Source: a virus (Duplodnaviria; Caudoviricetes). From it: 59,751 nt of DNA. This document shows positions 35,852 through 46,081 of the stretch, in pieces (positions within the stretch are counted from its first letter, which is position 1; every line of letters starts with the position of its first letter). The notes below the pieces were generated by a model. The model saw only the letters and a program-made list of their open reading frames with translations. It was not told where the DNA came from and did not search any database. Made by a program: the position numbers and the translations under genes. The stretch is taken from IMG/VR virus record IMGVR_UViG_3300044608_001438, positions 1 through 59,751 of that record; one strand, written 5' to 3'.

Positions 35852-36570
35852 CAAACCCTCCGATGCGGGACGCCCCGCAACTCTTGGTGCCACTCAAACT
35901 CATAGGTCCAACTGATCTCGTACTCGGTATCGATCCGGCCAAGCACGCGCGGACTCGATCGCTCAATCCGCGGCTTGCGCATCTGAGCAAACGGCCAAAT
36001 CGGTGGCGGTGGCTCTGGGTACCCAAACAGCCCGACGGCCCGCCCGCTCTGAGTGTACTGCCAAGGAGCGTTCTGCGTCCCGATCTGTCGTTCTGGGAAG
36101 TTCACCGACCCGCCAGCGTAGACGTACTCGAGACCCCCTGCGCCTTCCGTTAGCGACTCGGAGAACTCAAGCAAGCCATCCGTAGTTCCCAACTGCTCCG
36201 CCTCGTAAACGACGCGGTATCCCATACCCGTAGCGAAGACATCATTGGCTTGGTTCGGGAGGCTGGAATCGATGATGTACGGACCGAGAAGGCAATTCGA
36301 TCTCAGCAATTGCATCACGGTCGGGGTGTCGGTGTCGTCCTCAAGGAACACCAAATCCAGATTGGGCTGGTAGATCCTCTGCCGGCGCAGAATCTCAGAG
36401 GTCATCTGCGACTGGGTGGCATTGGTCCCCTGGAGGACGATCCGCCCGGAGATGTCCCAACGCTCGCGCAACTTTGCGACACGTTTGGTCACGTCGTAGA
36501 CGGGAGAATAGGTGATCGATGCGACGGCTTCGTTCTGCGGAAGCGTGTTCGGTCCGACTCGTAATCTCAT
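35851..36570 (-). CDS. Putative distal tail protein
   Basis: Immediately downstream of the tape measure gene. Confidence 0.6.
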   Translation of the reverse strand: MRLRVGPNTLPQNEAVASITYSPVYDVTKRVAKLRERWDISGRIVLQGTNATQSQMTSEILRRQRIYQPNLDLVFLEDDTDTPTVMQLLRSNCLLGPYIIDSSLPNQANDVFATGMGYRVVYEAEQLGTTDGLLEFSESLTEGAGGLEYVYAGGSVNFPERQIGTQNAPWQYTQSGRAVGLFGYPEPPPPIWPFAQMRKPRIERSSPRVLGRIDTEYEISWTYEFEWHQELRGVPHRRV

Positions 36571-38753
36571 CCTCCGTTCGCCCTCCGCTGGATCCGCGCG
36601 TCGATGTTCGCCACTTCTTTCGTCAGGTCAGCGACCCGCGTCGCGAGCGATCCGATGTCCCGGTCGTACAGTTGTTTGATCTGCGCCGTCACCGCCTGCG
36701 CCGTCGCTTCTGCGTTACTCTGGATCTGCACGGAGAAATCGATCGACGATTCCAGTTCAACCGAAAGCATCTCGCGCATCGACTCTAGGGCACCTTGCCG
36801 CCGCTCGGATGCCTGAGTAATCCCGAGCCGGTCGAACCCTGCCGCCTGAGCCCGACGCAACGCCTGTAGCTCGATCTCCGAGTCGATCTCCTGCGACAGC
36901 CCCCGCAATCGCCCGAGTTCCTGCGCGCTCAACTGCTGGCCCGCTGCAAGTCGCTCCCGCAGCATCACGATCTCTTGTTGGTTCGCCTCATCCATCAAAC
37001 CAAATCGGACCGCCGCGGACTGTGTCGCTTCTTCCTCGGCCGCGATCCGCTGTTCGACCGTGCTCAGCGCTTCGCGGTTGGCCGCGATCATCTCCTGAGC
37101 CATTGTCCGCTGCTGGTCCGCGATCCGCTGGGAAAGGGTCAATTCCTGCTCACGCAACGACAGGATCCGAGCCGCTGCCGATTCGCTTCCCTTCGCCGCC
37201 GCGTTCTGCAGGGTAGCCGCTTCCAGGACGATCGATTCCAACTGCTCCTGATCGGATAGCCCGCGCCGCGATAGCTCCCACGTCTTCGCCGTGAGGTCGT
37301 ACTGCTCGCGAATCCTCTCGTTAAGGCTCTGCTGTGATTCTTCCTTGCGTGCTTCGTCCTCTTGGTTCAGCGCGGAAATCTGCTGGAACCTTTGGAACTG
37401 CCGATCGATCTCTTTTGATCTCGCACGCTCAGCCGCCAACTGGCCCCCGGAGGCCATCCCGGAAAATGGATTGTAAGCACTCGCGCCGATCGACTCGACG
37501 AACCCGCCCGCCTGAGCACCGCCACCGAATCCGAACTGGCTCGCCTCCTGCAACGTCTTGAACGAAGACACTACCCCGAACGCAGCGCCGGCCAAAGCCG
37601 TGAGACCAGCCGCAGCAGTACCCGCAGCGCCGGCACCGACGCCCGCCATTCCAACCGCACCCATCCGGCCAGCAAGCGCCGCAGCGCCGCCCATCATCGC
37701 CGCACCGCCACGCGCCGCCATCCCACCCAGTCCGGTGAGTTGTGCCGCACCCTCGACAGAGGAAATTGTAGCCCCCTTGAGCCGTGCCGCGTTCAACGCC
37801 TCCTGAGCCGCAGTAGCCGCGATGGTGGCCGTGTTGAAAAGCCGCATCGCCTTTTCCATCCCCAACAGGAGCTTAGTACCGCCGACCGTTAGATCGATGG
37901 TCCCCTGCATGGTGAGGAGCGCGTCTTGCACCTTCTGCAGTTCGGTCTCGCCGGTGAGCCCGAAGAACACCATGCCGCGCGCGAGCTTCATCACCGATTC
38001 CGAAGTCTCAGCAAACGATTGGAGCAATTCCTGACCTGCTCCGTTCGCCCGGTCGATGTTCTTCTGGTACTCGCTGAGGGATCTCGCCTGCTGTTGCTCT
38101 CCCTGCTTTGCGATCCGCTGAGACTCGCGCGCCGCTTCCTGCTCCGAGCGCATTATCGCTCGATTGTTGGCCTCGGCGATACGGCTGTTTTCCTTTGAGA
38201 TAGCCGCCAACTGTCGCTTGCGTTCAGCCTCTTCCCTGGCGAGTCGTTTCTGCTCGTTTGCCTCAGCGACCCTCATCGCCTTCGCTTCCGCCATCGACTG
38301 GCGACGATCTTCCGCCTCCTGGCGCGATAACTGTCGCTTGCCATCGGCGACGCTCTTGTCGGTCTGCCGGATGATGTCGGCCGCACTCTTCTGAGCCGCC
38401 ACTAGCTCGCTGAGGCTCTGCTGGCTTGCTGCTCCGCTCTCGCGCTCCTTTGCAACCTTGCTAAGCGCCTGCTCTAGCTGCTGAACGGATGCGATCCTCT
38501 TCGCGTCCAACTGCTGATCCAAGGAGAACCCAGAGCGCTTGAGGGCCTCAAGGTCGCGAGCGTGCTTGTTCTGGAGATTCCATAGCGTATCCGCACCTTT
38601 GATCTGCTGATCGATGACCTTCTGCGCGAGAGATTGCGAAGGACCATCGCTTACAGATTTCTGAGCGCGTGCGATCGACTGCCCGAAGTCGCGGATCACC
38701 TGCTGCGCCGCAGGGTCCGCTTTGGCCGTCAAGAGAAATTCGACTTCGCGCAT
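36567..38753 (-). CDS. Tape measure protein
   Basis: 728 aa, Ala/Gln-rich helical with a Gly/Ala hydrophobic middle; follows the chaperones. Confidence 0.85.
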   Translation of the reverse strand: MREVEFLLTAKADPAAQQVIRDFGQSIARAQKSVSDGPSQSLAQKVIDQQIKGADTLWNLQNKHARDLEALKRSGFSLDQQLDAKRIASVQQLEQALSKVAKERESGAASQQSLSELVAAQKSAADIIRQTDKSVADGKRQLSRQEAEDRRQSMAEAKAMRVAEANEQKRLAREEAERKRQLAAISKENSRIAEANNRAIMRSEQEAARESQRIAKQGEQQQARSLSEYQKNIDRANGAGQELLQSFAETSESVMKLARGMVFFGLTGETELQKVQDALLTMQGTIDLTVGGTKLLLGMEKAMRLFNTATIAATAAQEALNAARLKGATISSVEGAAQLTGLGGMAARGGAAMMGGAAALAGRMGAVGMAGVGAGAAGTAAAGLTALAGAAFGVVSSFKTLQEASQFGFGGGAQAGGFVESIGASAYNPFSGMASGGQLAAERARSKEIDRQFQRFQQISALNQEDEARKEESQQSLNERIREQYDLTAKTWELSRRGLSDQEQLESIVLEAATLQNAAAKGSESAAARILSLREQELTLSQRIADQQRTMAQEMIAANREALSTVEQRIAAEEEATQSAAVRFGLMDEANQQEIVMLRERLAAGQQLSAQELGRLRGLSQEIDSEIELQALRRAQAAGFDRLGITQASERRQGALESMREMLSVELESSIDFSVQIQSNAEATAQAVTAQIKQLYDRDIGSLATRVADLTKEVANIDARIQRRANGG

Positions 38754-38757
38754 CGCG

Positions 38758-39141
38758 TCACTTCCTCATGGTCACCAGTGCCAAGATCAGTTCGTCCTGC
38801 GATCGCTTGTCGATCCGCGCCTGCTGCTCTGATAGTGCCGCTATCGCCCCGGAGAGGAACGTATCGGCCCGCTCCGCGTCCGTCAGGTGCCCCGACTGCC
38901 AGAGACGCACCACCGCCTCCTCGCCCGCTATCAGATCCGGATTGTCCCGCCAGTGACCCTTCGGACAGCCGACCGAACATTCGCACGGAGTCAGCCCCGG
39001 ACGAACGACCGGCAAGCCTACCCGGTCGACCATCACTTTTCCGGTTTCCTCGTCGAACATCCAGCGCCGGCAGTCGGAACACTTACGGAATGCGACTTTC
39101 GGATGGAGCGCGCGATTCCGGACGGCCGTCAGGATTTTCCC
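38758..39141 (-). CDS. Tail assembly chaperone, -1 frameshift extension (GT-like)
   Basis: G GGA AAA slippery site at 39135-39141; the -1 frame is open (KILTAVRNRALHPKVAFRKCSDCRRWMFDE...). Confidence 0.8.
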   Translation of the reverse strand, partial: GKILTAVRNRALHPKVAFRKCSDCRRWMFDEETGKVMVDRVGLPVVRPGLTPCECSVGCPKGHWRDNPDLIAGEEAVVRLWQSGHLTDAERADTFLSGAIAALSEQQARIDKRSQDELILALVTMRK

Positions 39142-39509
39142 AGGATCTCGTCTCCGGTCTTCGGCTGTTCTAACGTGTCAGACGCCTTCTCGCCACGCAT
39201 GATGTAGTACATGTCATAGAGCAGGGCCTTCTTGAGACAGAGCAGGATTTCCTTTGAGTGTGGAACATCCTCGCTCCAGTTGGTGAGATGCGACGCGACG
39301 ATCTCGACGACCAGCTTGTAGCCGCGTTGTGGGTCCGCGAAGATCGCGTTCTTCACTTGAGCCGCATACCGCTCTGCATCAGCCCCGAGGATCGGACGAA
39401 ACGCGAACCATAGATGACCGTGAATGCCTTCCTTCTCCGCGATGTATGCCGTCTGCTCCACTCCGTCGCGGATGATGTTCTGTCGCCAATCGCTGACCTG
39501 TCGTTCCAT
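39129..39509 (-). CDS. Tail assembly chaperone (G-like)
   Basis: Between tail tube and TMP; ends LGKS at the slippery site. Confidence 0.8.
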   Translation of the reverse strand: MERQVSDWRQNIIRDGVEQTAYIAEKEGIHGHLWFAFRPILGADAERYAAQVKNAIFADPQRGYKLVVEIVASHLTNWSEDVPHSKEILLCLKKALLYDMYYIMRGEKASDTLEQPKTGDEILGKS

Positions 39510-39523
39510 TGCTCACTCCAAAC

Positions 39524-39550
39524 AAAAAAGGGGGAACCGAAGCTCCCCCC
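39524..39550 (-). terminator. Rho-independent terminator after the tail tube gene
   Basis: GC hairpin plus U6. Confidence 0.75.
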
Positions 39551-39583
39551 TATCGTACCCGACTGCCTGCCGTGGGCAACTGA

Positions 39584-40489
39584 TTACGCCTTCCACATTC
39601 TCAGTTGTGCGTCTGATGCCGCAGGGCTGCTCATCGTCGAGGTGCGATACGCCTCGAGTTGCACGGGGAAGGTAATCCGGCCACTCGCGGGAATCGTTGG
39701 CGCCGCGTTCGGGATCTTCGCGTTGCCGAATGCGAAAGTGTACGTTGTGGTCCCATCACTGATCGCAAGCGACGCCGCAGCACCAGCGAGAGCCGCGCGA
39801 TACAGCGCGAGATTGTCCGAGTTGAACACGCACTCCAGATCGAGAGTCACCGCGAGGTCTTGCGCTTCGAAGTCCGCCGGAGTGATGGCGTTCTGGAAGT
39901 TCTGATCGTCGACTACGTTATCGATATTCAGTCGGAATGACTTGATCTTGTAGGCAGTCGAATTGTAGGTGAACGTCGCGTCCGAGAACAGGAAAGCACT
40001 CTCGCAAGTGTAAGCCGTCGTCGGCCACGAGGAGCTATAGACCGTCTCCGCCTTGCCGGTGCAACTGAGATTCCAGTTGACGTACTGCTGTTCCGATCCG
40101 CTGATCTCAAGTGTAGTAGGCCAGACTTCGTAGAGGTACCTAGCGGCCACCTTGTCGACCGCCGCGTAGAACTTGGTCAGGGCTTCTGCCGGTAGCCACG
40201 GATCGCCGGACGTTCCGGTGCCAGCCGACCCACCGACCGACCCAACGACGCGCCCCAAGATCCAGTCAATCTCCGTCGGCCCGAAGTAGCCCGAGATTGA
40301 TCCAGCGGAGGTGTCCGTGGCAATCCTTGCGCGACAGCTTCGACGCTGACGGCTCCCTCGATGGCCGTCTTCGCGAAGGAATGTCCGGGATCCGGCCAGG
40401 GAACATTCCCGGAACGACAGAGCGACTGGATTAGTGGAAAGGGCAGCATTGTCCGCGACGACGACGCGGGAGACGGAACTTTGGCTCAT
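39584..40489 (-). CDS. Major tail tube protein
   Basis: 301 aa beta-rich; position and downstream terminator. Confidence 0.75.
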   Translation of the reverse strand: MSQSSVSRVVVADNAALSTNPVALSFRECSLAGSRTFLREDGHRGSRQRRSCRARIATDTSAGSISGYFGPTEIDWILGRVVGSVGGSAGTGTSGDPWLPAEALTKFYAAVDKVAARYLYEVWPTTLEISGSEQQYVNWNLSCTGKAETVYSSSWPTTAYTCESAFLFSDATFTYNSTAYKIKSFRLNIDNVVDDQNFQNAITPADFEAQDLAVTLDLECVFNSDNLALYRAALAGAAASLAISDGTTTYTFAFGNAKIPNAAPTIPASGRITFPVQLEAYRTSTMSSPAASDAQLRMWKA

Positions 40490-40519
40490 CGGTTGGTCCT
40501 CCGTCCCCCAATCATCCCG

Positions 40520-40801
40520 CTAGGCAATCACTTTACAAGGATCCCAGCCCTGCCGTCCGATTATCCCATCGATCCGCATCAAGTAGTCTTCGCCGGGTGT
40601 CGGGTACCGCGTCGCAGGCTCGACGACACCCCCGCCCAGGATCGACAGCGCTTCCTCTGCTGATCCAGCCGCGATCCAAATCGACAGGCCTCGATTGGTC
40701 CCCCAGTACCATCCGTCGATGACTGCCTTGGTTGCAGATTCTGCGACTCCTTCAAAGGTCTCGCGCGTGACCTTTGGAACCGTCGGGTCTTTCTTGTTCA
40801 T
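40520..40801 (-). CDS. Hypothetical protein
   Basis: ATGA overlap. Confidence 0.6.
   Translation of the reverse strand: MNKKDPTVPKVTRETFEGVAESATKAVIDGWYWGTNRGLSIWIAAGSAEEALSILGGGVVEPATRYPTPGEDYLMRIDGIIGRQGWDPCKVIA
40755..40774. repeat. 20-bp palindrome site (in CDS)
   Basis: AAGGTCTCGCGCGTGACCTT. Confidence 0.95.
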
Positions 40802-41316
40802 GGTGCGGGTACTCCGAGTTGTGAGGAATCACGCGGCAGATAGGTGACGTACACGGTCACAACCACCGCCGAAACATCATATCCAGAATTGAACGGATCG
40901 TCGGGGAACTGCGGCCCCTGCTGAGCATCGACCCGCTGGAAGGTCATCGCGTCATCGCCGGATAGTGCCGTCGTCAGTTGGCGGAGCGGATAGGGAGCGT
41001 ACCCGTGGGCCTTGTTCTTGAAGATCGCCATCACCCGCTCGGATACCGCAAGGTGGTTCTCCAGCCCGTCGGTCAGGTCGCTATCCTTCGGCTCGATGAA
41101 GACGACAACGCACTGCAAGCCCACTTCCTCGCGCCGATTCTCGAAGACAGGATCCGTCCGGGATCCAGGGACCACGAATAGCCCCGGCTCCCACCTAATT
41201 CCGCGGTTATAGGCTTTCTTCTGGATCTTCGGGTTGAACCCATCTAAATCTGCGTCCGCTGCGAGTGTGTCGCGGATCGCGTTCAAGACTTCCCAATGGC
41301 GACTCATCAACGTCAT
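40798..41316 (-). CDS. Putative tail terminator
   Basis: Position; VLNAIRDTLAAD N-terminal helix. Confidence 0.6.
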   Translation of the reverse strand: MTLMSRHWEVLNAIRDTLAADADLDGFNPKIQKKAYNRGIRWEPGLFVVPGSRTDPVFENRREEVGLQCVVVFIEPKDSDLTDGLENHLAVSERVMAIFKNKAHGYAPYPLRQLTTALSGDDAMTFQRVDAQQGPQFPDDPFNSGYDVSAVVVTVYVTYLPRDSSQLGVPAP

Positions 41317-41485
41317 AGTCGTACCCTGCATCCCTCTCGTGAAACAACTGGATCCCGTTTTCGAATCGCCACGCCATCACCCGGATTTTCTCGTGGCTCC
41401 CAGGTCTCGCGTGCGTCGGATGCCCCTTCTTGCGTGGTGTTGGCGGCTCGTCCGGTTCCGGCTGATTGTCGCCAGTGACCGGCAC
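41207..41485 (-). CDS. Hypothetical protein (paralog of 5905-6123)
   Basis: PTHARPGSHEKIRVM motif; GTG start inferred. Confidence 0.55.
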   Translation of the reverse strand: MPVTGDNQPEPDEPPTPRKKGHPTHARPGSHEKIRVMAWRFENGIQLFHERDAGYDYDVDESPLGSLERDPRHTRSGRRFRWVQPEDPEESL

Positions 41486-41516
41486 GCCTTCCGACGGTCC
41501 GAACAGCTCATCGAGA

Positions 41517-41972
41517 TTAACGCCCCACCAGGAACTCAAAACATAGATCCTCAAACGGCTCGCGGATACTCTCCAACTTCTCTTCGTGGACGTAGTAGAA
41601 CTCGCGAGCAGGGATGCGGCTAGTCCCGAACTGCTGGTATTTTGCGTAGGGAACCGTGAGCCCGAGTCGGAGGTCACGCGGCCCGATGTTCTCAGTCTGC
41701 CCATCGGCGCCTCGCGTGGTCGCTGCTCTGAGCATCTTGCCGGAGAGAATCAAGAGCGGATGCGGCCCGTACTTCGCGACCGTGGCCGGCGCGTGAGGTG
41801 GCCAAATCTGGGAAGCGCTGTTGCGCGTCTGGATGAAGTTGTCCGCGATCGCATCATGGATCCTAGGGACGATCTGATTGAAGACGCGATCCAACGGCGC
41901 GGACTCCATCGCGTCGGCAAAGTCGCCGAACACTTTCACCGCGTCCTCTGCCTTGAACCTCTTGGGGATCAT
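41517..41972 (-). CDS. Virion morphogenesis / tail completion protein (Mu gpG-like)
   Basis: WPPHAPAT, LILSGKM, VPYAKYQQFGTSRIPAREF. Confidence 0.85.
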   Translation of the reverse strand: MIPKRFKAEDAVKVFGDFADAMESAPLDRVFNQIVPRIHDAIADNFIQTRNSASQIWPPHAPATVAKYGPHPLLILSGKMLRAATTRGADGQTENIGPRDLRLGLTVPYAKYQQFGTSRIPAREFYYVHEEKLESIREPFEDLCFEFLVGR

Positions 41973-42499
41973 CGGACCGCCTTTGCGGATCGCCTGCACA
42001 GGCATCGCCATTGGGAATAGTCGACCGTACGCTTGACCGACTTGATGATCCAATCGACCTCCAACTTGAGGATGTCGGCTGGCAGTGGCTCGATCGGATC
42101 CGTTCCATCGTTCAGCGTTTCCGCCCAGATGACAAAGACCATATCCGTGACGTCATACCCCACTGAGGTAGCCGCCGCAACGATCTTTTCGTCGTGCGTC
42201 GGATTACAGCGCAGAACCTTTACGCCTCCGCCCGGCGCCGTTGGCGTTGCTCCAGCGAACTCGCGATCAGGCCCAAACTCAAAGCCCGCATTCTCGACGC
42301 CGTCGATCCATTGCCAATCGTCCTCGAAGTCGACCGACAGCTTGTGCTCAAAGTCAACAGGCGATGGGATCGGCGTGATGCTCGCCGTCCCTTCGTAGTC
42401 AAGGAATAGCCCGTACACAACACCATCGGCCACCTCGCCCGGATCCGGGATCCAGGTGACGGGACCAATGAACGAATAGGGAACGATCCGGATCGCCAT
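41969..42499 (-). CDS. Putative head closure protein
   Basis: Position; WIIKSV...QWRCLCRR C-terminus. Confidence 0.55.
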   Translation of the reverse strand: MAIRIVPYSFIGPVTWIPDPGEVADGVVYGLFLDYEGTASITPIPSPVDFEHKLSVDFEDDWQWIDGVENAGFEFGPDREFAGATPTAPGGGVKVLRCNPTHDEKIVAAATSVGYDVTDMVFVIWAETLNDGTDPIEPLPADILKLEVDWIIKSVKRTVDYSQWRCLCRRSAKAVR

Positions 42500-43731
42500 C
42501 AGCTTACCCTCGTTCTCGCGCCACTCGTGTAGTTGTAAGTCACGGTCGCCAGGGTCGTGCTTCCGTTCGTGTCCTTAAAGACCAGCGTTGCGGTCCCGTT
42601 GCCGTTGTCGGTCACCTGCACGGATCCGGTCGCGCCGCTCGCCGCCAGCTTCTGCAGGACCAGCGCAGCGGCTAATTGGGAATCGAGGTTGTTCGTCGCA
42701 AGGCCCAGCGCGGATCGAATCGCATCGTCTGCCGACGCATCAGACCATACCGCCGAAGAAATCGCCGCGATTGCGTGTACGTGGGTAGTCGGAATGATGA
42801 TGAAGTTGTCGCCAACTTGCGGGGCCTGCGTAAACGCCTCCTCTACAGTGATCACCCCGTTGGCGTTCGTGTAGGTCAGGATCGGGCTGTTCTGCTCGGA
42901 TAGGTTGCCATCGAGAAACAGCATCACAGCATGCTTGAACGCACCGGTCGGGTAGTTCACATTACTCGAAAAGCTCGTTGTGGTCGGTGTTGCGGCGGAT
43001 GTCACCGTCCCATCGACAATGGTGTTACCCTTCTTGATGATCGAGATGTACTTGGCAAGACTGTGAGCTACTCCATCATGGTCATCAACGCTTTCTTCTA
43101 GAACAGCGTCGGCAATGGCTCCCGCTGTCGGAATGTCACCAACTGCTGCCGGTTTAGCCGGGAGGTTGTCGGTCTTTGCTTTGATCGCCGCCACTTCTGT
43201 ATCGATGTATCCAGCAATCGAAGACAGGTTGTTATTGACGGTTGCAAAAGATGCTGCGATGTCGCTTGCGTCTGCCGGATCGGATGGCAGATTGTCGGTC
43301 TTGGCTTTGATGGCCGCTATTTCAGTATCGATGTAGTCATCGATTGCATCTATCTTCGTCTCAACGTCCGTTGCCGTTTTGATCGAGGTGCCGGATAGAT
43401 TGACGGTGGAGGAAGCATTGGCGATCTTCGATTGATCGGTGCCAGCGTGCCCGAAGGAAGATGACGAGGTGAACACTACCTCCATGCTATTGGGGTAGCA
43501 CGATGTCTTGTAAACAATGATTTGCAAAGCATCGCAGTCCGTCTCACCCTGCGTCGGTGTGTAACTCCAGACGCCCTCCTCAACGGCAAGCCCACCGGCA
43601 CCAATCGCCCACGATTCAGCATCCTTGCGCACCTTGACCGAGACGCCGGTTGTCTGAACGGCACCATCACTAATCTGGACCACTGCGCCAATCGTGATCG
43701 GTCGCGGGCTGGCGTTGTTGCGTGCGTACAT
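42499..43731 (-). CDS. Virion structural protein with IDTE.AAIKAKTDNLP repeats
   Basis: Two internal repeats; TAATG coupling. Confidence 0.75.
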   Translation of the reverse strand: MYARNNASPRPITIGAVVQISDGAVQTTGVSVKVRKDAESWAIGAGGLAVEEGVWSYTPTQGETDCDALQIIVYKTSCYPNSMEVVFTSSSSFGHAGTDQSKIANASSTVNLSGTSIKTATDVETKIDAIDDYIDTEIAAIKAKTDNLPSDPADASDIAASFATVNNNLSSIAGYIDTEVAAIKAKTDNLPAKPAAVGDIPTAGAIADAVLEESVDDHDGVAHSLAKYISIIKKGNTIVDGTVTSAATPTTTSFSSNVNYPTGAFKHAVMLFLDGNLSEQNSPILTYTNANGVITVEEAFTQAPQVGDNFIIIPTTHVHAIAAISSAVWSDASADDAIRSALGLATNNLDSQLAAALVLQKLAASGATGSVQVTDNGNGTATLVFKDTNGSTTLATVTYNYTSGARTRVS

Positions 43732-44564
43732 TATCGAATCCCCCCGCCAATGATTGAACGTGATCGAGTCGCCCACGGTGCGCGAAATGCGGGAGCCTCT
43801 TCTGCGGCAATGCTGTAGCGTCTTTTCCGTCTTTGATATAAACCGCCTGGACCAAGTTGATAGATTTCGGCGGCTTCGTTTGCGGTTATGATCCCGCGAA
43901 AAACCATCTGCTCGAACCATTGAACCGTACTGCCAGTTCCCGAAACAAAGAATGTTCCGCGCTTGGCCCATGACCAATTTTGGCTGGGCGCTGTGTTTGA
44001 TGTATAGGTTGTGGTCTGAGCGTTCGCACCGTTTACGAAAATCCCATGCGCCTTAGTTGTCTGCGAATCAGAAAACGTCTGAACAAAGCAGATTGCATCC
44101 GCTAGTGCGTTTGCGCTTGATCCGAAATCATGCGCCAACTGAGCAGTAGCAGAGCCCGCAATCCTTGACGCAATCTGACCCAAATTTCCACCGACGCCGT
44201 AAAGCAGCTCAACCCCAGACGCCCCGGTCGCATTGCTCGTGCTGTAGGGAAAATGAATCACTGCCGTCAAAACGCGAAACCACGAGACAATGGAAAAATC
44301 AGTACCACTGAAATCGTTTGATCCAAAATCAACCCAATCATCAACACCGTCATGTGACAAGCCAGTGTTGCCGCGAAAGGTGCCCCACTGAGTCGCTAGG
44401 TCGATGCCAGTTGTCAGGCCCCATCTGCTGTTGCGTGAGAAATCATAAACCCTGCCGCCGGTTTGACCGAGAACGGGAGACCATGCACGAAGCACTCGAT
44501 CCCAGTATCTTGGGAAAGCACTCTCGCCGTGGGTTCCGTAATCAGCTAGGCTGGGTCTAATCAT
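43731..44564 (-). CDS. LamG/concanavalin-like virion protein
   Basis: LSHDGVDDWVDFG, FSIVSWF, IFVNG, ITANEAAEIYQLG. Confidence 0.75.
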   Translation of the reverse strand: MIRPSLADYGTHGESAFPRYWDRVLRAWSPVLGQTGGRVYDFSRNSRWGLTTGIDLATQWGTFRGNTGLSHDGVDDWVDFGSNDFSGTDFSIVSWFRVLTAVIHFPYSTSNATGASGVELLYGVGGNLGQIASRIAGSATAQLAHDFGSSANALADAICFVQTFSDSQTTKAHGIFVNGANAQTTTYTSNTAPSQNWSWAKRGTFFVSGTGSTVQWFEQMVFRGIITANEAAEIYQLGPGGLYQRRKRRYSIAAEEAPAFRAPWATRSRSIIGGGIR

Positions 44565-45087
44565 TCCTGACCAACCTACGCGGAACGATGGTTAGGCGCG
44601 AAAGATTGTCACTATTGGGGGTCCTGGCTCGCAGAGCTTGTCCTAAATTGTTGTCCACGATTGGCACAACGTATCGGCCCCGAGGTCGCCAGATAACGGG
44701 GAACTGCGTGATGACGGTATTGAGGTCAGCCGTCGCAATAAGACTCACAGTCGGAGGACCAGCTTGGCGAAGGTTCACATCATTCGACCCGAGCGTGTAA
44801 CTACCTGCCGATCCAGTAACTTTCGCTGGCCATGTGGTATTGTCCCAACTCGAAAGTAGATATGCCTCAATAGTCGTCTGCGGAGAGGGAGCGGTTCCGG
44901 TCTCGACAGAAAAGTACACCATGTACTCATCTTCCCAGTTCTCCGTCAGGTCGACCGATGCCCCCATGATCGCCGCGCCGTTGGCCAATCCGTTAAAGCT
45001 CAGCGTCGCCGTTACGCCCGGTGCTCCGGCCTCGCCCCAGACGATCGCCGCGCCCTGTGTGATCTGAATGTAATCTAGCAATGCCAT
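44557..45087 (-). CDS. Virion structural protein
   Basis: ORF track; coupled junctions. Confidence 0.65.
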   Translation of the reverse strand: MALLDYIQITQGAAIVWGEAGAPGVTATLSFNGLANGAAIMGASVDLTENWEDEYMVYFSVETGTAPSPQTTIEAYLLSSWDNTTWPAKVTGSAGSYTLGSNDVNLRQAGPPTVSLIATADLNTVITQFPVIWRPRGRYVVPIVDNNLGQALRARTPNSDNLSRLTIVPRRLVRND

Positions 45088-45521
45088 CAGCTATTCCTCC
45101 ACGCTACTGCAACGTCTGCGGCTGTGATGTTTGGCTGTCTCTCTGCTGCTCGCAGCAGTGGCGCAGCTTGCTCGGCACTTAGCCCGACACCACCAGTCGC
45201 AATCGGCAGGGTGAGCAGATGCCGGATCTTCGGATCTCCTAAGTCTAACCCAGGAGATGAAGGGTCTAAAAGCCACTTCAACGCACGTTTCACGATCGGG
45301 TTGGCCTGCGCAACTGCCTCGATCTGCTGGCAGACCACCTCACCATCAACAGGATTGGCGAACATCCCAACGATGTTAATATCTGCAACGCGGTAACTTT
45401 CCAGGACCGGATCGGCAATCACTCGGCACCTAGCGGCGCACGTCTCATCGTCGCCCAGCTCTACTGCAGCTCTGGCAATCGGATCATCCTCGATCAGTGC
45501 CCGCAATTCACTCGGAGTCAT
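45087..45521 (-). CDS. Hypothetical virion-module protein
   Basis: ORF track; coupled junctions. Confidence 0.7.
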   Translation of the reverse strand: MTPSELRALIEDDPIARAAVELGDDETCAARCRVIADPVLESYRVADINIVGMFANPVDGEVVCQQIEAVAQANPIVKRALKWLLDPSSPGLDLGDPKIRHLLTLPIATGGVGLSAEQAAPLLRAAERQPNITAADVAVAWRNS

Positions 45522-45528
45522 CGCACCC

Positions 45529-45798
45529 TCACGGAATCAGGTCGGTCGAAAGTTCAAAGGGCCCACCGTCGCCAGCGTTCATCGCCGCCTCAGTCTCAGC
45601 CGCTGCCCGGATCAATCCGTCGATCTCTCGCAACTCGCGATACAAAGCATCCTTGTAGCCGACGTGATCTACAGTGGTCCCGCCGTCGGTGCTTGCGATG
45701 TTCGGCTTGCCGCCAGCCTTCGTCACGTTGAGCTGAGCCAACTCTGCCGCGATCGCATCGCGACGGGCTTTCAGATTCGCGAGGTAGGCGGATGTCAT
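45529..45798 (-). CDS. Putative head-tail adaptor (gpW-like)
   Basis: Helix-hairpin-helix pattern (KPNIASTDGGTTVDHVGY...LYRELREID). Confidence 0.6.
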   Translation of the reverse strand: MTSAYLANLKARRDAIAAELAQLNVTKAGGKPNIASTDGGTTVDHVGYKDALYRELREIDGLIRAAAETEAAMNAGDGGPFELSTDLIP

Positions 45799-46019
45799 CG
45801 CTTCTTCCGGCGCGGTGGCACGGGCTCCGGTGGTGGTGGTTCAGGTGCGACGATCGGCTCAGGTTCTGCAAAGGTCGCGCGCGTGACCTTCTCGGCGGAA
45901 ACCTCAAGAGCATCGCCGGAGTACTTCAGACGAGCCAATCGAATCGCCTCCGTCGAGTCCGGCGCATCCTCAGGAACATCAATCGTCACGCGGTCGAATC
46001 TTACTTTCCAGGCCATCAC
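45795..46019 (-). CDS. Hypothetical protein
   Basis: ATGA overlap. Confidence 0.6.
   Translation of the reverse strand: MMAWKVRFDRVTIDVPEDAPDSTEAIRLARLKYSGDALEVSAEKVTRATFAEPEPIVAPEPPPPEPVPPRRKKR
45871..45890. repeat. 20-bp palindrome site (in CDS)
   Basis: AAGGTCGCGCGCGTGACCTT. Confidence 0.92.
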
Positions 46020-46037
46020 ATAACCCTTTCATGAGTG

Positions 46038-46081
46038 AAAAAAATGGCGGGTCACCTCTGGAGATGGGTAGAGGCCCCGCC
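46038..46081 (-). terminator. Putative terminator after the head genes
   Basis: GGCGGG...CCCGCC stem plus U7. Confidence 0.6.

Noticed and set aside
39129-39141. Tail chaperone -1 frameshift as a novelty
   Set aside because: It is real but a well-known feature of long-tailed phages; listed as a feature only.
41401-41420. CAGGTCTCGCGTGCGTCGGA as another palindrome copy
   Set aside because: Only the left half-site is present, so it was not counted.
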